From Trichodesmium erythraeum IMS101 (GTDB taxonomy: Bacteria > Cyanobacteriota > Cyanobacteriia > Cyanobacteriales > Microcoleaceae): a stretch of DNA of 32,000 nt. Below the pieces are notes generated by a model that searched no databases, was not told where the DNA came from, and worked only from the letters and a program-made list of their open reading frames with translations. This document shows, piece after piece, positions 16,867 through 26,532 of the stretch. Location of the stretch: contig NC_008312.1 of NCBI RefSeq assembly GCF_000014265.1, positions 1,770,001-1,802,000 of the forward strand. Reading direction: 5' to 3'. Within the stretch, counting starts at the first letter, position 1. Each line of letters starts with the position of its first letter. Position numbers and translations under genes: made by a program.

Positions 16867-18537
16867 TTAATTAAAAAATCTAGAAAAATAATCATTATTG
16901 GCATCTAATTCTATTAGGCGATATTGTTCTGCCAGATCCATAATACTAGGAATTACAATAAAAAAATCAAATTTATTTTGACTTCTCAAACCTAAATTTT
17001 GCCACTGCAACTGAGAGGTATTTAAGATTTTCAGTATTCTTATAAACTGTCTATCACTTTCAATAATTTTGAGTTCTTGGATTTTATCTACTGATAGTTC
17101 ATAAGATTGATATTGAGCTAACCTTTGGCTTATTTTTTTGTCAAAATTGACTATATCATTTTTCAAATATTTGTATTTTTCATATAGTGAATTAACAATA
17201 CTATCATTGGAAATACTTACACCGTAATGAGAAGTTTGTTGAATTTTTAAAGATATCCTCATAAGATGAAAGCTCAAAACTGATAATACTTCCAAAAGGT
17301 ATTTAAATAGGACTGGTTCTATTTTTTCAAAACGGTTTTGTGGATTTATATCCATACCTTTTAATATCTCCCGTTTTAACTCTAGATCGTGCAAACTGCT
17401 GATAGATGGGATGCGATTTTTTGTATCAGCAAAATCTGATTTATCAGAAGAGAATGAAACTTGATATAGCCATAACGATAAATAGTAAGGGTTCCTTAAA
17501 AAGGATTCCTGTTCTGCATTAGTATTTATGATTGTCAAAATAGTTTTTCTAATTTGATTCTGGGCTAAAGTATCGTGTTGCAAACTTGTTAATCGCTTAT
17601 TTAAAAGTTCTTTAATTTGCAGTACACTCATGGGTTTTATTCTGATATTTGCTACTTGCAAAGTATTAGCATACGCTTTATATTCTTCTTCTCTACATGA
17701 TAAAATCCATCTAGTTTTATTACCGCTATTTTTCATTAAAATTGATAAATAATCAAAGAGAGTTTCCCGTTTACTTTTGTCTATAAACTCATCTAAAGCA
17801 TCAATAATAATCACAAAATTGAGAGATAGTTTCTTATTCCATAAAACTATAAAATCTTTAAACTCAGGCTTTGATAACTTACCATTAAGTTCATATACAT
17901 TTGTAATAAATGCCAGAATTTTTGTTATATTTTTACCATGCTTGTTTAACACTTTTTCAACATCATTAGCATGAATAAAAATGGGAATAAAATCTCCTAT
18001 GCTTTCGGAAAATTCTTTGGTATAGTTTGCAAGTGCTTTATATAAAGTTGTAGACTTTCCACTTCCTGGAGGACCGTATATAAATACCCTAGATTTGTTT
18101 GGAGATAACAAGTATTTATCAAGATTTGCTATGTTAGTTCGCTGACTACCTCCTTTTTCTTCATAAGCTTGTTGAGACATCAGACCATTTGGATTTCCTG
18201 GCTCTCCGGATAAACTTACATAATTACTTTTTAGATCAAATCCAAGTTCAAATTCTACTTCCTGGTTTACAGCAGTCAGATAATTGTCAATGACTTTTTT
18301 ATCTCTTACTGTTAATAAACGCCTAAATGTATTTCTAGTCTTGTAATACTTTATAAACCCAGAAAATAACAAGTAAATTACTAGGATACCCCAAATGAAT
18401 AGGACAATATAAGACAGGTATTTCAATAATTTATTGTCACTGGATAAATAATTTAATGCAATTGGAAGTGAAATACTTATTACAGTTAAAAATATTCTCC
18501 ATAATACTTTTTGTTCTTTTTCAGCTATGCTTAACAT
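16867..18537 (-). CDS. membrane-anchored NACHT/STAND-like P-loop NTPase (cassette gene 1)
   Basis: 556 aa, ATG start. Two N-terminal TM helices (~res 12-32 and 41-62). Walker A is GPPGSGKST (res 155-163, nt 18049-18075). Walker B is FVIIIDALDEF (res 241-251). These are followed in NACHT-like order by WILSCREEE, IRIKPMSVLQIKELL and RNPYYLSLWL. The domain call rests on motif order only. Confidence 0.65.
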   Translation of the reverse strand: MLSIAEKEQKVLWRIFLTVISISLPIALNYLSSDNKLLKYLSYIVLFIWGILVIYLLFSGFIKYYKTRNTFRRLLTVRDKKVIDNYLTAVNQEVEFELGFDLKSNYVSLSGEPGNPNGLMSQQAYEEKGGSQRTNIANLDKYLLSPNKSRVFIYGPPGSGKSTTLYKALANYTKEFSESIGDFIPIFIHANDVEKVLNKHGKNITKILAFITNVYELNGKLSKPEFKDFIVLWNKKLSLNFVIIIDALDEFIDKSKRETLFDYLSILMKNSGNKTRWILSCREEEYKAYANTLQVANIRIKPMSVLQIKELLNKRLTSLQHDTLAQNQIRKTILTIINTNAEQESFLRNPYYLSLWLYQVSFSSDKSDFADTKNRIPSISSLHDLELKREILKGMDINPQNRFEKIEPVLFKYLLEVLSVLSFHLMRISLKIQQTSHYGVSISNDSIVNSLYEKYKYLKNDIVNFDKKISQRLAQYQSYELSVDKIQELKIIESDRQFIRILKILNTSQLQWQNLGLRSQNKFDFFIVIPSIMDLAEQYRLIELDANNDYFSRFFN

Positions 18538-18614
18538 ATCCTTTATTTGCTATTTCCTAAAGTCATAAAAATTTGTACCTAATTATGCCTGAAAAGCTAG
18601 TGTAATATTTATCA

Positions 18615-18719
18615 TATAGCAGTCGAAGTATAGCACTACTGGTAACTAAGAATTCAGAAGTAATCTCTGAGATAATTTTAGCATTTAGTAATGTCCTAAA
18701 CTTTGCTTCGACTGCTATA
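18615..18719. mobile_element. intact ~105-bp MITE-like element with 14-bp perfect terminal inverted repeats
   Basis: TATAGCAGTCGAAG (18615-18628) is the exact reverse complement of CTTCGACTGCTATA (18706-18719). It has no coding capacity. Related copies lie at 697-805 and 1161-1195. It sits 78 bp upstream of the cassette ATG. Confidence 0.6.
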
Positions 18720-19539
18720 ATATTTGGAAGCGATCGCCTCTAAGAAAAAATTACCATAACTATAAAAATCTAGTTATACTCAGAGAAGCGATCGCTAATT
18801 CCTAAACAATAAATTTTTACCTAAATAACACATTGTCAGATTTTTTTTCACAATAAAAGCAAGAGCATTTTACCCCTGCACTAAACATTTTTTTTTAAAG
18901 TATGTCTCATTATTTTCAATATAAATTCCCATTAAAAATGATTAGAAAAAAAACTATTATAGAGCCTGAGACTATAAAAACAAGGAATTTATTGTTGAAT
19001 AATTAAATAGCATAAATACTGAAAACACTGTTTAATTAGTTAAATATTTACAATAGCAAAAGCCAGAAAAAAATTAGCAATATTTGGGGACTGTGCAACT
19101 TATCATAACCCTCAAGAATCTCAAGAATATTTAATGTTAATCAATCAAGATTTACCAGAAGAAGAATCGTTGATAAATTGTACAAATTTTTCTCCAAATG
19201 CTCCTCAAAAAAACCTGTTGAAGATAATTGCCTGCAAGACAAAAAAAATAATCAAAAAATTTGATAATCTTTGCAGTTATTTTAAACTATTTAAGTTAAT
19301 AATTAATTGTCTAAAACTTTTTCAGGATGAAATTTTGCTACAACCTATGCGAGGATTGCTATATTAATAATTATATTTACCAACCACAAGAATTACTTTT
19401 ATAAAACTATTCATAAATTAATTCCTTATAGCTTAAGAAAAAAAACTTAATCGTAACTTTGAAAACAGATAAATAATGAATACTTTTTCCCCATTTATCA
19501 TTCCTAATTCCCTTTTAATACATCTAATTTTTGATACAT

Positions 19540-19920
19540 TTAATCTTCAATTTTTTGCCCATTAACTTCCACAGCAGAAACATCAATTGTACCAGGAGGA
19601 GTCAATCTATTAAAATGACCTCCTTCAACCTTAAGAGGTTCTCCACAACTAGGACATTGACATTGAGTCTGATTTAAAGCAGTAAATTCATGACTGCAAA
19701 TAGGACATTTATCCGTAATTACATTGCGATTTAACCACCAACGTAGACCAATAAATGCAACTATAGGTGTAATTACAATAAAACCAAATAATATTAAAAT
19801 CGAATTAATTAACCATCCCAACCCTACAGAACCCAGAAACCAAATAACAGCTAAAAAAACTAGCCAATTACGAATATTAGATATAGTTAATTGAAATATT
19901 TTTGAGTTCCCTTGATTCAC
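19540..19920 (-). CDS. small membrane protein with two TM helices and a C-terminal CxxC...CxxC zinc ribbon
   Basis: 126 aa. The GTG start is preceded by GGAG 9 nt upstream (AAGGAGATAATTAAGTG). TM segments are WLVFLAVIWFLGSVGLGWLI and ILILFGFIVITPIVAFIGL. The zinc ribbon reads CPICSHEF..CQCPSCGEPL. Confidence 0.6.
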   Translation of the reverse strand: MNQGNSKIFQLTISNIRNWLVFLAVIWFLGSVGLGWLINSILILFGFIVITPIVAFIGLRWWLNRNVITDKCPICSHEFTALNQTQCQCPSCGEPLKVEGGHFNRLTPPGTIDVSAVEVNGQKIED

Positions 19921-20155
19921 TTAATTATCTCCTTTAATAAACTCTCTTCGTAAGCATTTAGCCGTTAACTATCAGCTACCAGTTATAAATTATTAACCCA
20001 TTATCACACCGAAGAAAGAATTAGTCTCCCAGGATAATTAAAACTTATGAACAAAAAAGTCACATTTAGCTAACTTTAGTAACTTATTACCTTTAAAAGC
20101 TGAAAAAAGCTGAAAGCTGAATACTTAACCTCCTTCTCTATCCTAATCACAAATT

Positions 20156-21316
20156 TCATAGTTGTCTTACTCTCTCAGTAAAAGCTACCCTACCAAAAAC
20201 CTTTAAACTTTCCTCTCGCAACCATTGACCATCAGACCTTTTATCCTCTCCCTTCAGCATCTCTATACAAGCATTAGCTACTGCTTCTGGACTTCGGTGA
20301 GGTACCCGCCATCCTAACCTTCCATCTTGTAAAGGTTCCGCCGAACCATCAGCATCTCCAGACAAAACAGGCACTCCACAGGCCATTGCCTCTAAATAAA
20401 CAATACCAAAGCCTTCAAAAGAAGGCATCACATAAGCATCAGCTACCTGATAATGTTTAACCAAATTCTCTGTGGGCACAAAACCTGCAAATACCACTTT
20501 TTCACCTATTCCTAAATCTTGAGCTAACTTAGCCAAGCGAGGTTGGTCATCTCCCCGTCCAATTACTAAATACTTGACTTCTGGAAAAAATTGCAGTATA
20601 ATTGGCAGAGATTTAATGGTAACATCAACGCCTTTATAGGGGTCTCCCGACCAAAGTCTAGCTACAGTCATTAATACCTTTGCTCCCTGAAGATTGTAAG
20701 CCTTAATCAAATCTACCGGTGATGGTCCAGGAATAAACTTATCTCCATCCACCATACAAGGCAACAAATGAAACTTTTCCGGATTGAGATGGTTACTTTC
20801 ACAACAGCGATCGCGACTGTAACGACTAATAGTTAGAATTTTAGTAGCTTGTTTTAATGCCTGTTGATATTTATCTGGTAGTGGCTCCCATACTTCCTTA
20901 CCATAAGTTAAAACTGTATAGGGAATACCCAGAGGTACACACAAAGCTTTAACCAATGGAGCCAAATTAATATGACCACAAAAAACTTGTAATGGTTGTT
21001 TTTTAATTAAAAACCATAGTAATGTTGTAGCTAACTTTAATCTTCCTAACCAAACAAACTTAGTTTTAAAATAATAGAAATTTAGGGTCTTCGACTGATA
21101 GGGATTTTCACAATATTGACCATCCCTTAGTAAGAAAATATCTGATTCTTGAAAGGTGTCATTAGGTTTTACATTATTTTTTAAGTCTATGTAAGCTTGA
21201 AAAATATCTCTTACATAAGATTGAATGCCACCTTCAGAAGAAAAAATTTCCAAAAAAACAAATATATTTCTTTTTTTTTTCTCAACTTGTTTATTCAATT
21301 TTATCTCCAAATTCAA
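20156..21316 (-). CDS. glycosyltransferase, GT4 family (Glycos_transf_1 type)
   Basis: 386 aa with the C-terminal GT-B signature (ADAYVMPSFEGFGIVYLEAMACGVPVLSGD). The N-terminus is typical (NIFVFLEIFSSEGGIQSY). There is no ATG at the 5' end and several TTG candidates, so the start is uncertain. Confidence 0.85.
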   Translation of the reverse strand: MNLEIKLNKQVEKKKRNIFVFLEIFSSEGGIQSYVRDIFQAYIDLKNNVKPNDTFQESDIFLLRDGQYCENPYQSKTLNFYYFKTKFVWLGRLKLATTLLWFLIKKQPLQVFCGHINLAPLVKALCVPLGIPYTVLTYGKEVWEPLPDKYQQALKQATKILTISRYSRDRCCESNHLNPEKFHLLPCMVDGDKFIPGPSPVDLIKAYNLQGAKVLMTVARLWSGDPYKGVDVTIKSLPIILQFFPEVKYLVIGRGDDQPRLAKLAQDLGIGEKVVFAGFVPTENLVKHYQVADAYVMPSFEGFGIVYLEAMACGVPVLSGDADGSAEPLQDGRLGWRVPHRSPEAVANACIEMLKGEDKRSDGQWLREESLKVFGRVAFTERVRQL

Positions 21317-21333
21317 TTTATAAAATGATTAGG

Positions 21334-21371
21334 TCTAAAACTTCTCCTCAGATCTAAAACTTCTCCTCAGA
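21334..21371. repeat. perfect 19-bp tandem duplication (TCTAAAACTTCTCCTCAGA x2)
   Basis: 21334-21352 equals 21353-21371 exactly. It lies 18 bp upstream of the glycosyltransferase start. On the minus strand each copy contains GAGGAG. Confidence 0.85.
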
Positions 21372-22240
21372 ACGGATAACTTTCTCTAGTTTTTTTCAAT
21401 CATAAATTGTTTTTTTTACAGAATAAATTTTATGGTATAGTACTAAGTATTTTATTTAGTACATAGACAATTTTGGTTATAAGGGAATAGGTTTAGAAAC
21501 ATCAGAGCCCATGATATATTTGCGTAGAAATACAAACTATTAGTTAGATATTCTTATCATAGTCATATTAAAGCCCATGATCAATCACGATAAAGCAGTG
21601 AGTAGATAGACTTGAGTAGTAGAATTGGCAAACATCCAGGTTTAAGAACTGAGGTAACAAAAATATGCAAAAATCAGAAGCACAAATGCATATTTTGTAG
21701 ACTAACCTTGAGAGCAACTGACCCGAAAAATGAGTCTGAAACTTCCCCCTTTTAAGGCAACTTTTTATTAGTGAAAAAAGTAATAAGGCTGTTATTATAT
21801 TATTAGTTTAGATAACAATTATAAAAGCCAGATTTAAGTATTTTATTTGTCCAATACCAGAAAAAATATCAGAGTAGAAAGTTATGTGTTTTTGTCATAT
21901 TTTTGGGAATGATAGTCTAGCTTACTGCTGTCTAAAAATTAGAAACTATGCTTAAATCAACCCACTAATTCTGAGCTACAAAAACTCTTTCTTACTCAAG
22001 TTAAAAAGATGGAAACTAAAAAATCACTATCAAAAGTTTCAGTTTGAGAATAGAAAGCAATCATAGAATGATTTGAATTCTAGATATCCTCACAGAACTT
22101 ACTCTTTTAAGTATACAAAAAGCCATAGAAAAGACAAAAGTATAAATCTTCCAAAGTTCAGGCTCTAGAAAATTATGCGCAAACTGCTAGATTTATCTTG
22201 AGAATCCTAAAATTATAATAGAATCAAGGATAACTTTACG

Positions 22241-22275
22241 AAATGAAAATCCCCTGGCCAAAAGGCGAGGGGATT
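22241..22275 (-). terminator. intrinsic terminator of the petB-petD operon
   Basis: An 8-bp stem AATCCCCT/AGGGGATT (22248-22255 / 22268-22275) is extended by 3 bp (GCC/GGC) around an AAAA loop. On the minus strand it is followed by UUUUCAUUU. It lies 100 nt downstream of the petD stop. Confidence 0.6.
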
Positions 22276-22375
22276 AATATCAACCCCTAGTCAATAATCT
22301 CTACAAACACAAATGTAGTTATTGTAGTTATGATTGAAAATCCACAAAGGGGGAAAAATTTTATAAATCCAAGTC

Positions 22376-22858
22376 TTAGAATAGACCAAAAGTCAAGGAT
22401 TTATCAATTGGTAAAGTAGCACCAATACCTAACCATAGAGTAACTGCAGTACCAAATAGAAATACAGCAGTAGCTACAGGGCGACGAAAAGGATTTTGGA
22501 ACTTATTGACACTTTCAATGAAAGGAACCAACATTAATCCTAAAGGAATAGAAGCCATGGCCACAATACCTAACAGTTTATTAGGTACAACACGTAGAAT
22601 TTGAAAAACTGGCCAGAAATACCACTCAGGCAAAATTTCTAGAGGAGTAGCAAATGGATCTGCTGGCTCACCAATCATAGCAGGATCTAGTACAGCTAAA
22701 CCTACGCATAAAGCAATTGTACCTACAATTACTACTGGGAATATATAGAGCAAATCGTTAGGCCAAGCAGGTTCACCATAGTAGTTGTGACCCATACCTT
22801 TAGCTAACTTAGCTCTTAATTGAGGATCGCTGAGATCTGGCTTTTTTAAAGTAGACAT
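22376..22858 (-). CDS. petD: cytochrome b6-f complex subunit IV
   Basis: 160 aa, ATG start. Canonical sequence (..[33 protein letters not shown]..). It lies immediately downstream of petB. Confidence 0.97.
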   Translation of the reverse strand: MSTLKKPDLSDPQLRAKLAKGMGHNYYGEPAWPNDLLYIFPVVIVGTIALCVGLAVLDPAMIGEPADPFATPLEILPEWYFWPVFQILRVVPNKLLGIVAMASIPLGLMLVPFIESVNKFQNPFRRPVATAVFLFGTAVTLWLGIGATLPIDKSLTFGLF

Positions 22859-22915
22859 AATCTTTTTTTTCTCCGTAACAACTGAAAGCTAGTATTTAAT
22901 TATTGATAGCTTAAC

Positions 22916-23584
22916 TTACAAAGGTCCTGAAATACCTTGCTTACGAATCATTAAGAAATGCAGTAGCATAAACACTGCAATAAACCAGGGTAGTACAAAA
23001 GTATGAAGACTGTAGAAACGAGTTAGGGTTGCTTGACCAACACTTGTACTACCACGCATCAGTTCTACGATGAATGGACCAACAAATGGAATTGCATCAG
23101 GTACACCAGACACAATTTTTACCGCCCAATAACCAATTTGGTCCCAAGGCAAGGAATAACCAGTTACTCCAAAGCTAACAGTAATTACAGCCATAACTAC
23201 CCCTGTTACCCAGGTTAATTCGCGAGGCTTTTTGAAGCCACCTGTGAGGTAAACCCGGAAAGTATGAAGAATCATCATCAACACCATCATACTGGCAGAC
23301 CAACGGTGGATGGAACGAATGAGCCAACCAAAGTTAACTTCAGTCATAATGTATTGGACTGATGCTAATGCTTCTGTTACTGTTGGCTTGTAGTAGAAAG
23401 TCATAGCAAATCCAGTAGCAAACTGGATCAAAAAGCAAACCAGAGTAATTCCACCTAAGCAGTAAAAAATATTTACATGGGGTGGAACATATTTGCTAGA
23501 AATGTCGTCTGCGAGCGCTTGAACTTCTAAGCGTTCGTCAAACCACTTATAAGCGGGTGAATCAGTTACCTGTTTTGAGAACAT
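22916..23584 (-). CDS. petB: cytochrome b6
   Basis: 222 aa, ATG start. Canonical sequence (..[42 protein letters not shown]..). Confidence 0.97.
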   Translation of the reverse strand: MFSKQVTDSPAYKWFDERLEVQALADDISSKYVPPHVNIFYCLGGITLVCFLIQFATGFAMTFYYKPTVTEALASVQYIMTEVNFGWLIRSIHRWSASMMVLMMILHTFRVYLTGGFKKPRELTWVTGVVMAVITVSFGVTGYSLPWDQIGYWAVKIVSGVPDAIPFVGPFIVELMRGSTSVGQATLTRFYSLHTFVLPWFIAVFMLLHFLMIRKQGISGPL

Positions 23585-23932
23585 GAAGCCAAAAATCCTA
23601 GATGAATATTGCTGGAATATTAATAAATTCAGTTTATGGGTAGCTAGGAAAAGATACTCACATCAACCTTTGAATCAGCTATACAAATATGATACCAACT
23701 GACAAAGGAATCAAGCAGCAAGTTAATTTCTTAACAAAACAAAATAAATATTTATCTTTGCTTACCCTCTAGTAAGAAAATTTAACATAATTTGTAGATA
23801 TATTTCAGATAAGATGACAATTTTTGTAGAGTTTGATATTCTCTATAATTTTTGTTTACCCTAGAAATTTAATCAAACGATTTAACTATATTGGCCAATT
23901 ATCAAGGATTAATCATTCTATACTTTTGTTTC

Positions 23933-25171
23933 ATGAAAAAAAGATTTTTGCAAATTCCACTTCTATTAATACTACCAATTCTTCTGAGTTGGGGACTTTG
24001 GATATCTTCTGCAACAGCATTAACTGAAGAACAGGGCTTATTGGGAGAAGCTTGGCGTATAGTCAATTTGGCTTATGTTGATGATTCTTTCAATCATCAA
24101 AACTGGTGGTTTGTGCGTCAAAATTTGATGAAGAAACCCCTGACAACTAGAGAAGAAACCTATAGCACTATTCAAGAAATGTTAGCTAGCCTAGAAGACC
24201 CATTCACGCGACTTCTAAAACCACAGCAGTATCGTAATTTACAGGTTGATACTTCTGGAGAATTAACAGGAGTGGGTTTACAAATTGCCCTGGACTCTCA
24301 AACAGGAGAACTAATAGTTATTTCTCCCTTAGAAGGTTCTCCTGCTGAAACTGCTGGTATCCAGGCAGGCGATCGCGTCGTCAAGATTGATGGCCATCCA
24401 ACCACAGAGTTTTCATTAGACGAAGCTGCAAATAGAATGCGGGGCACTGTTGGCTCTCCTGTGATACTAACAATTTTGAAAGAAAGTAGGGACCAACCCC
24501 AAGACATAACCATAATTCGGGATCAAATAGAGATTAATCCAGTTTACGCCAAGTTAAAGTCTAACTCTCAAGCTGGACCTATCGGTTATATTCGTCTGAG
24601 TCAATTTAATGCTAACGCTACGGCAGAAATTAGCCAAGTAATAGAGAGTTTTGAGCAGAAGGGAGCTATTGGCTATATACTTGATTTACGAAATAATCCA
24701 GGTGGACTATTACAAGCTGGTGTAGGAATTGCTCGTCTGTGGTTAGACGACGGTACAATTGTTTACACGGTTAATAGACAAAGAGTTCTTGGTAGTTTTG
24801 AGGCTGTTGGTATTGCTATAACCAATGCCCCATTAGTTGTATTAACTAATAAGGGAACTGCGAGTGCTAGTGAAATTCTAGCTGGCGCACTCCAGGATAA
24901 TGGTCGTGCAATGCTTGTAGGAGAAAAAACTTTTGGCAAGGGTTTAATTCAATCTTTATTTGATCTATCTGATGGATCGGGATTAGCAGTTACCGTTGCC
25001 AAGTATGAAACGCCAAACCATATAGATATTAATAAGCAGGGGATTATCCCTGATGTTGTGATTAAACAAGACCCGATTTTGCCTAACCAAATTACCACAG
25101 AAGCTGACAAACAATATCAAGCCGCACTAGAACTTATAACATCTCAATTTGTATTAACAAATGCAGCTTAA
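23933..25171 (+). CDS. carboxyl-terminal processing protease, peptidase S41 with PDZ domain (CtpA/B/C family)
   Basis: It has a signal-like N-terminus (MKKRFLQIPLLLILPILL), a PDZ domain (GVGLQI..ISPLEGSPAETAGIQAGDRVVKIDG) and an S41 catalytic region (GTASASEILAGAL..TFGKGLIQS). The track ORF begins at a TTG at 23891. The in-frame ATG at 23933 is the more plausible start. Confidence 0.9.
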   Translation: MKKRFLQIPLLLILPILLSWGLWISSATALTEEQGLLGEAWRIVNLAYVDDSFNHQNWWFVRQNLMKKPLTTREETYSTIQEMLASLEDPFTRLLKPQQYRNLQVDTSGELTGVGLQIALDSQTGELIVISPLEGSPAETAGIQAGDRVVKIDGHPTTEFSLDEAANRMRGTVGSPVILTILKESRDQPQDITIIRDQIEINPVYAKLKSNSQAGPIGYIRLSQFNANATAEISQVIESFEQKGAIGYILDLRNNPGGLLQAGVGIARLWLDDGTIVYTVNRQRVLGSFEAVGIAITNAPLVVLTNKGTASASEILAGALQDNGRAMLVGEKTFGKGLIQSLFDLSDGSGLAVTVAKYETPNHIDINKQGIIPDVVIKQDPILPNQITTEADKQYQAALELITSQFVLTNAA

Positions 25172-26112
25172 TTGACTCAGGCGGTGGTATACTCTTTCCC
25201 TGACCTATACCATAATAAAACTAACTTCCAATTAGCCGTTTCACTTTATTAAGTTAGGTTAGGGTCATATGCACTCCCCCGGGTAAAGTTAATAATCTCT
25301 GTGATTTAGAGTAACCCACCGAAAGCTTAAGTTTGATATGATATTAATATTTATTTTATTTTATACATAACTTTTAAAGTATCCGGCCCGCCGATCATAA
25401 AAAGCAGAGCATAAAAAGTTGTATTTTGAAATTAGATTTTGTGGAGTGTCTGTTTGTCCTTTTCTCTGCATCTTTATGTGGTTGAAGTAAAGTTCTGCTT
25501 CATCTCTAGATTTGATTACTGGAGTAGTATATAGATACTTACCATTTTAGGCAAACTTTATGCTATAATAAAATAAACTCCATTTTATTTCGTATCTCTA
25601 AAAATAATCGACTAACTAATTGTAGCGTTTACATCTATTAAACTACATTTATAGGGTTAACTTCACCTAATACTTTTATTCAGAACAGCTCTCAGCAATA
25701 AGTCCCAGAAAATTAAATTTTTTTAAGGTTTAAACTGTACCAGAGGAAAGACAAGAACAGGATATTGAAATAGAGCAAACCCTTAGAGAAAAAATAATTC
25801 GATTGATTTGATTCCCTGACCACAATTTAATTTAAGTGGACTTGTTAAACATTGAATTCTGGTTTCTCGATCTGTTCTGTGCATTTATCCCGGAGAGTAT
25901 GTCAAGTGCCTTTATTTATTCAGTAGCCAAGCAGCACTTAAATTGGATTTAATCTTTATGTCAACTAACCACCATGATTCTTCTTCAATCATTGGTTTGG
26001 TAGGACTACTATTTTAGAAATACAATTTTTTCGATTACTTCCCCACACATATACTTAATATTTAATTAATATTTATTCATTCAGATTAATTTAACTCCCA
26101 AGTCCTAAATAA

Positions 26113-26532
26113 CTATAGAGAAGAATTAGATTGTGGGCTTTGTTTAATACCATTATCTTCCAACCAAATTATCGGTATTTGATGAGACTCTACTTGGTTA
26201 CTTTGCTCCTGCATAATAGTCTGAACTTGACCCGGATCAAAATAACGGCTAAATTTTTCCTGATCATTCTGCAGTCTCTCTGTTGTCACCTCAATTTCAG
26301 ATTCTATAACCTGTAGTTTTTCTTGAATTGATAGGTAATGAGGTAACAATTTTAATAGAGCTGAAGTTACACAGATAGAAAGCAAGACATTAGTTAATAA
26401 TTTGGCGATACTTTCAATTGTTATTTCTACTGTATAAGTTGACTTTTGTCGTTTAGAGAAAACTCTTTGTTGGACTGGAATAGGCTGACTCTGAGAATGG
26501 AGTGAAAATTGAACAGGTTTAGTAGCATGCAT
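26113..26532 (-). CDS. hypothetical single-TM protein with a short coiled coil (possibly FtsB/DivIC-like; unverified)
   Basis: 139 aa, ATG start. It has one hydrophobic helix (LLTNVLLSICVTSALLKLL), then a heptad-like segment (QEKLQVIESEIEVTTERLQNDQEKF). The topology resembles small divisome proteins, but no motif is diagnostic. Confidence 0.5.
   Translation of the reverse strand: MHATKPVQFSLHSQSQPIPVQQRVFSKRQKSTYTVEITIESIAKLLTNVLLSICVTSALLKLLPHYLSIQEKLQVIESEIEVTTERLQNDQEKFSRYFDPGQVQTIMQEQSNQVESHQIPIIWLEDNGIKQSPQSNSSL

Noticed and set aside
19134-19367. Intergenic ORFs 19134-19367(+) 77 aa and 27129-27368(+) 79 aa.
   Set aside because: Neither has an RBS or a recognisable motif. Their composition mirrors the surrounding AT-rich spacer, so they were kept only as possible ncRNA territory.
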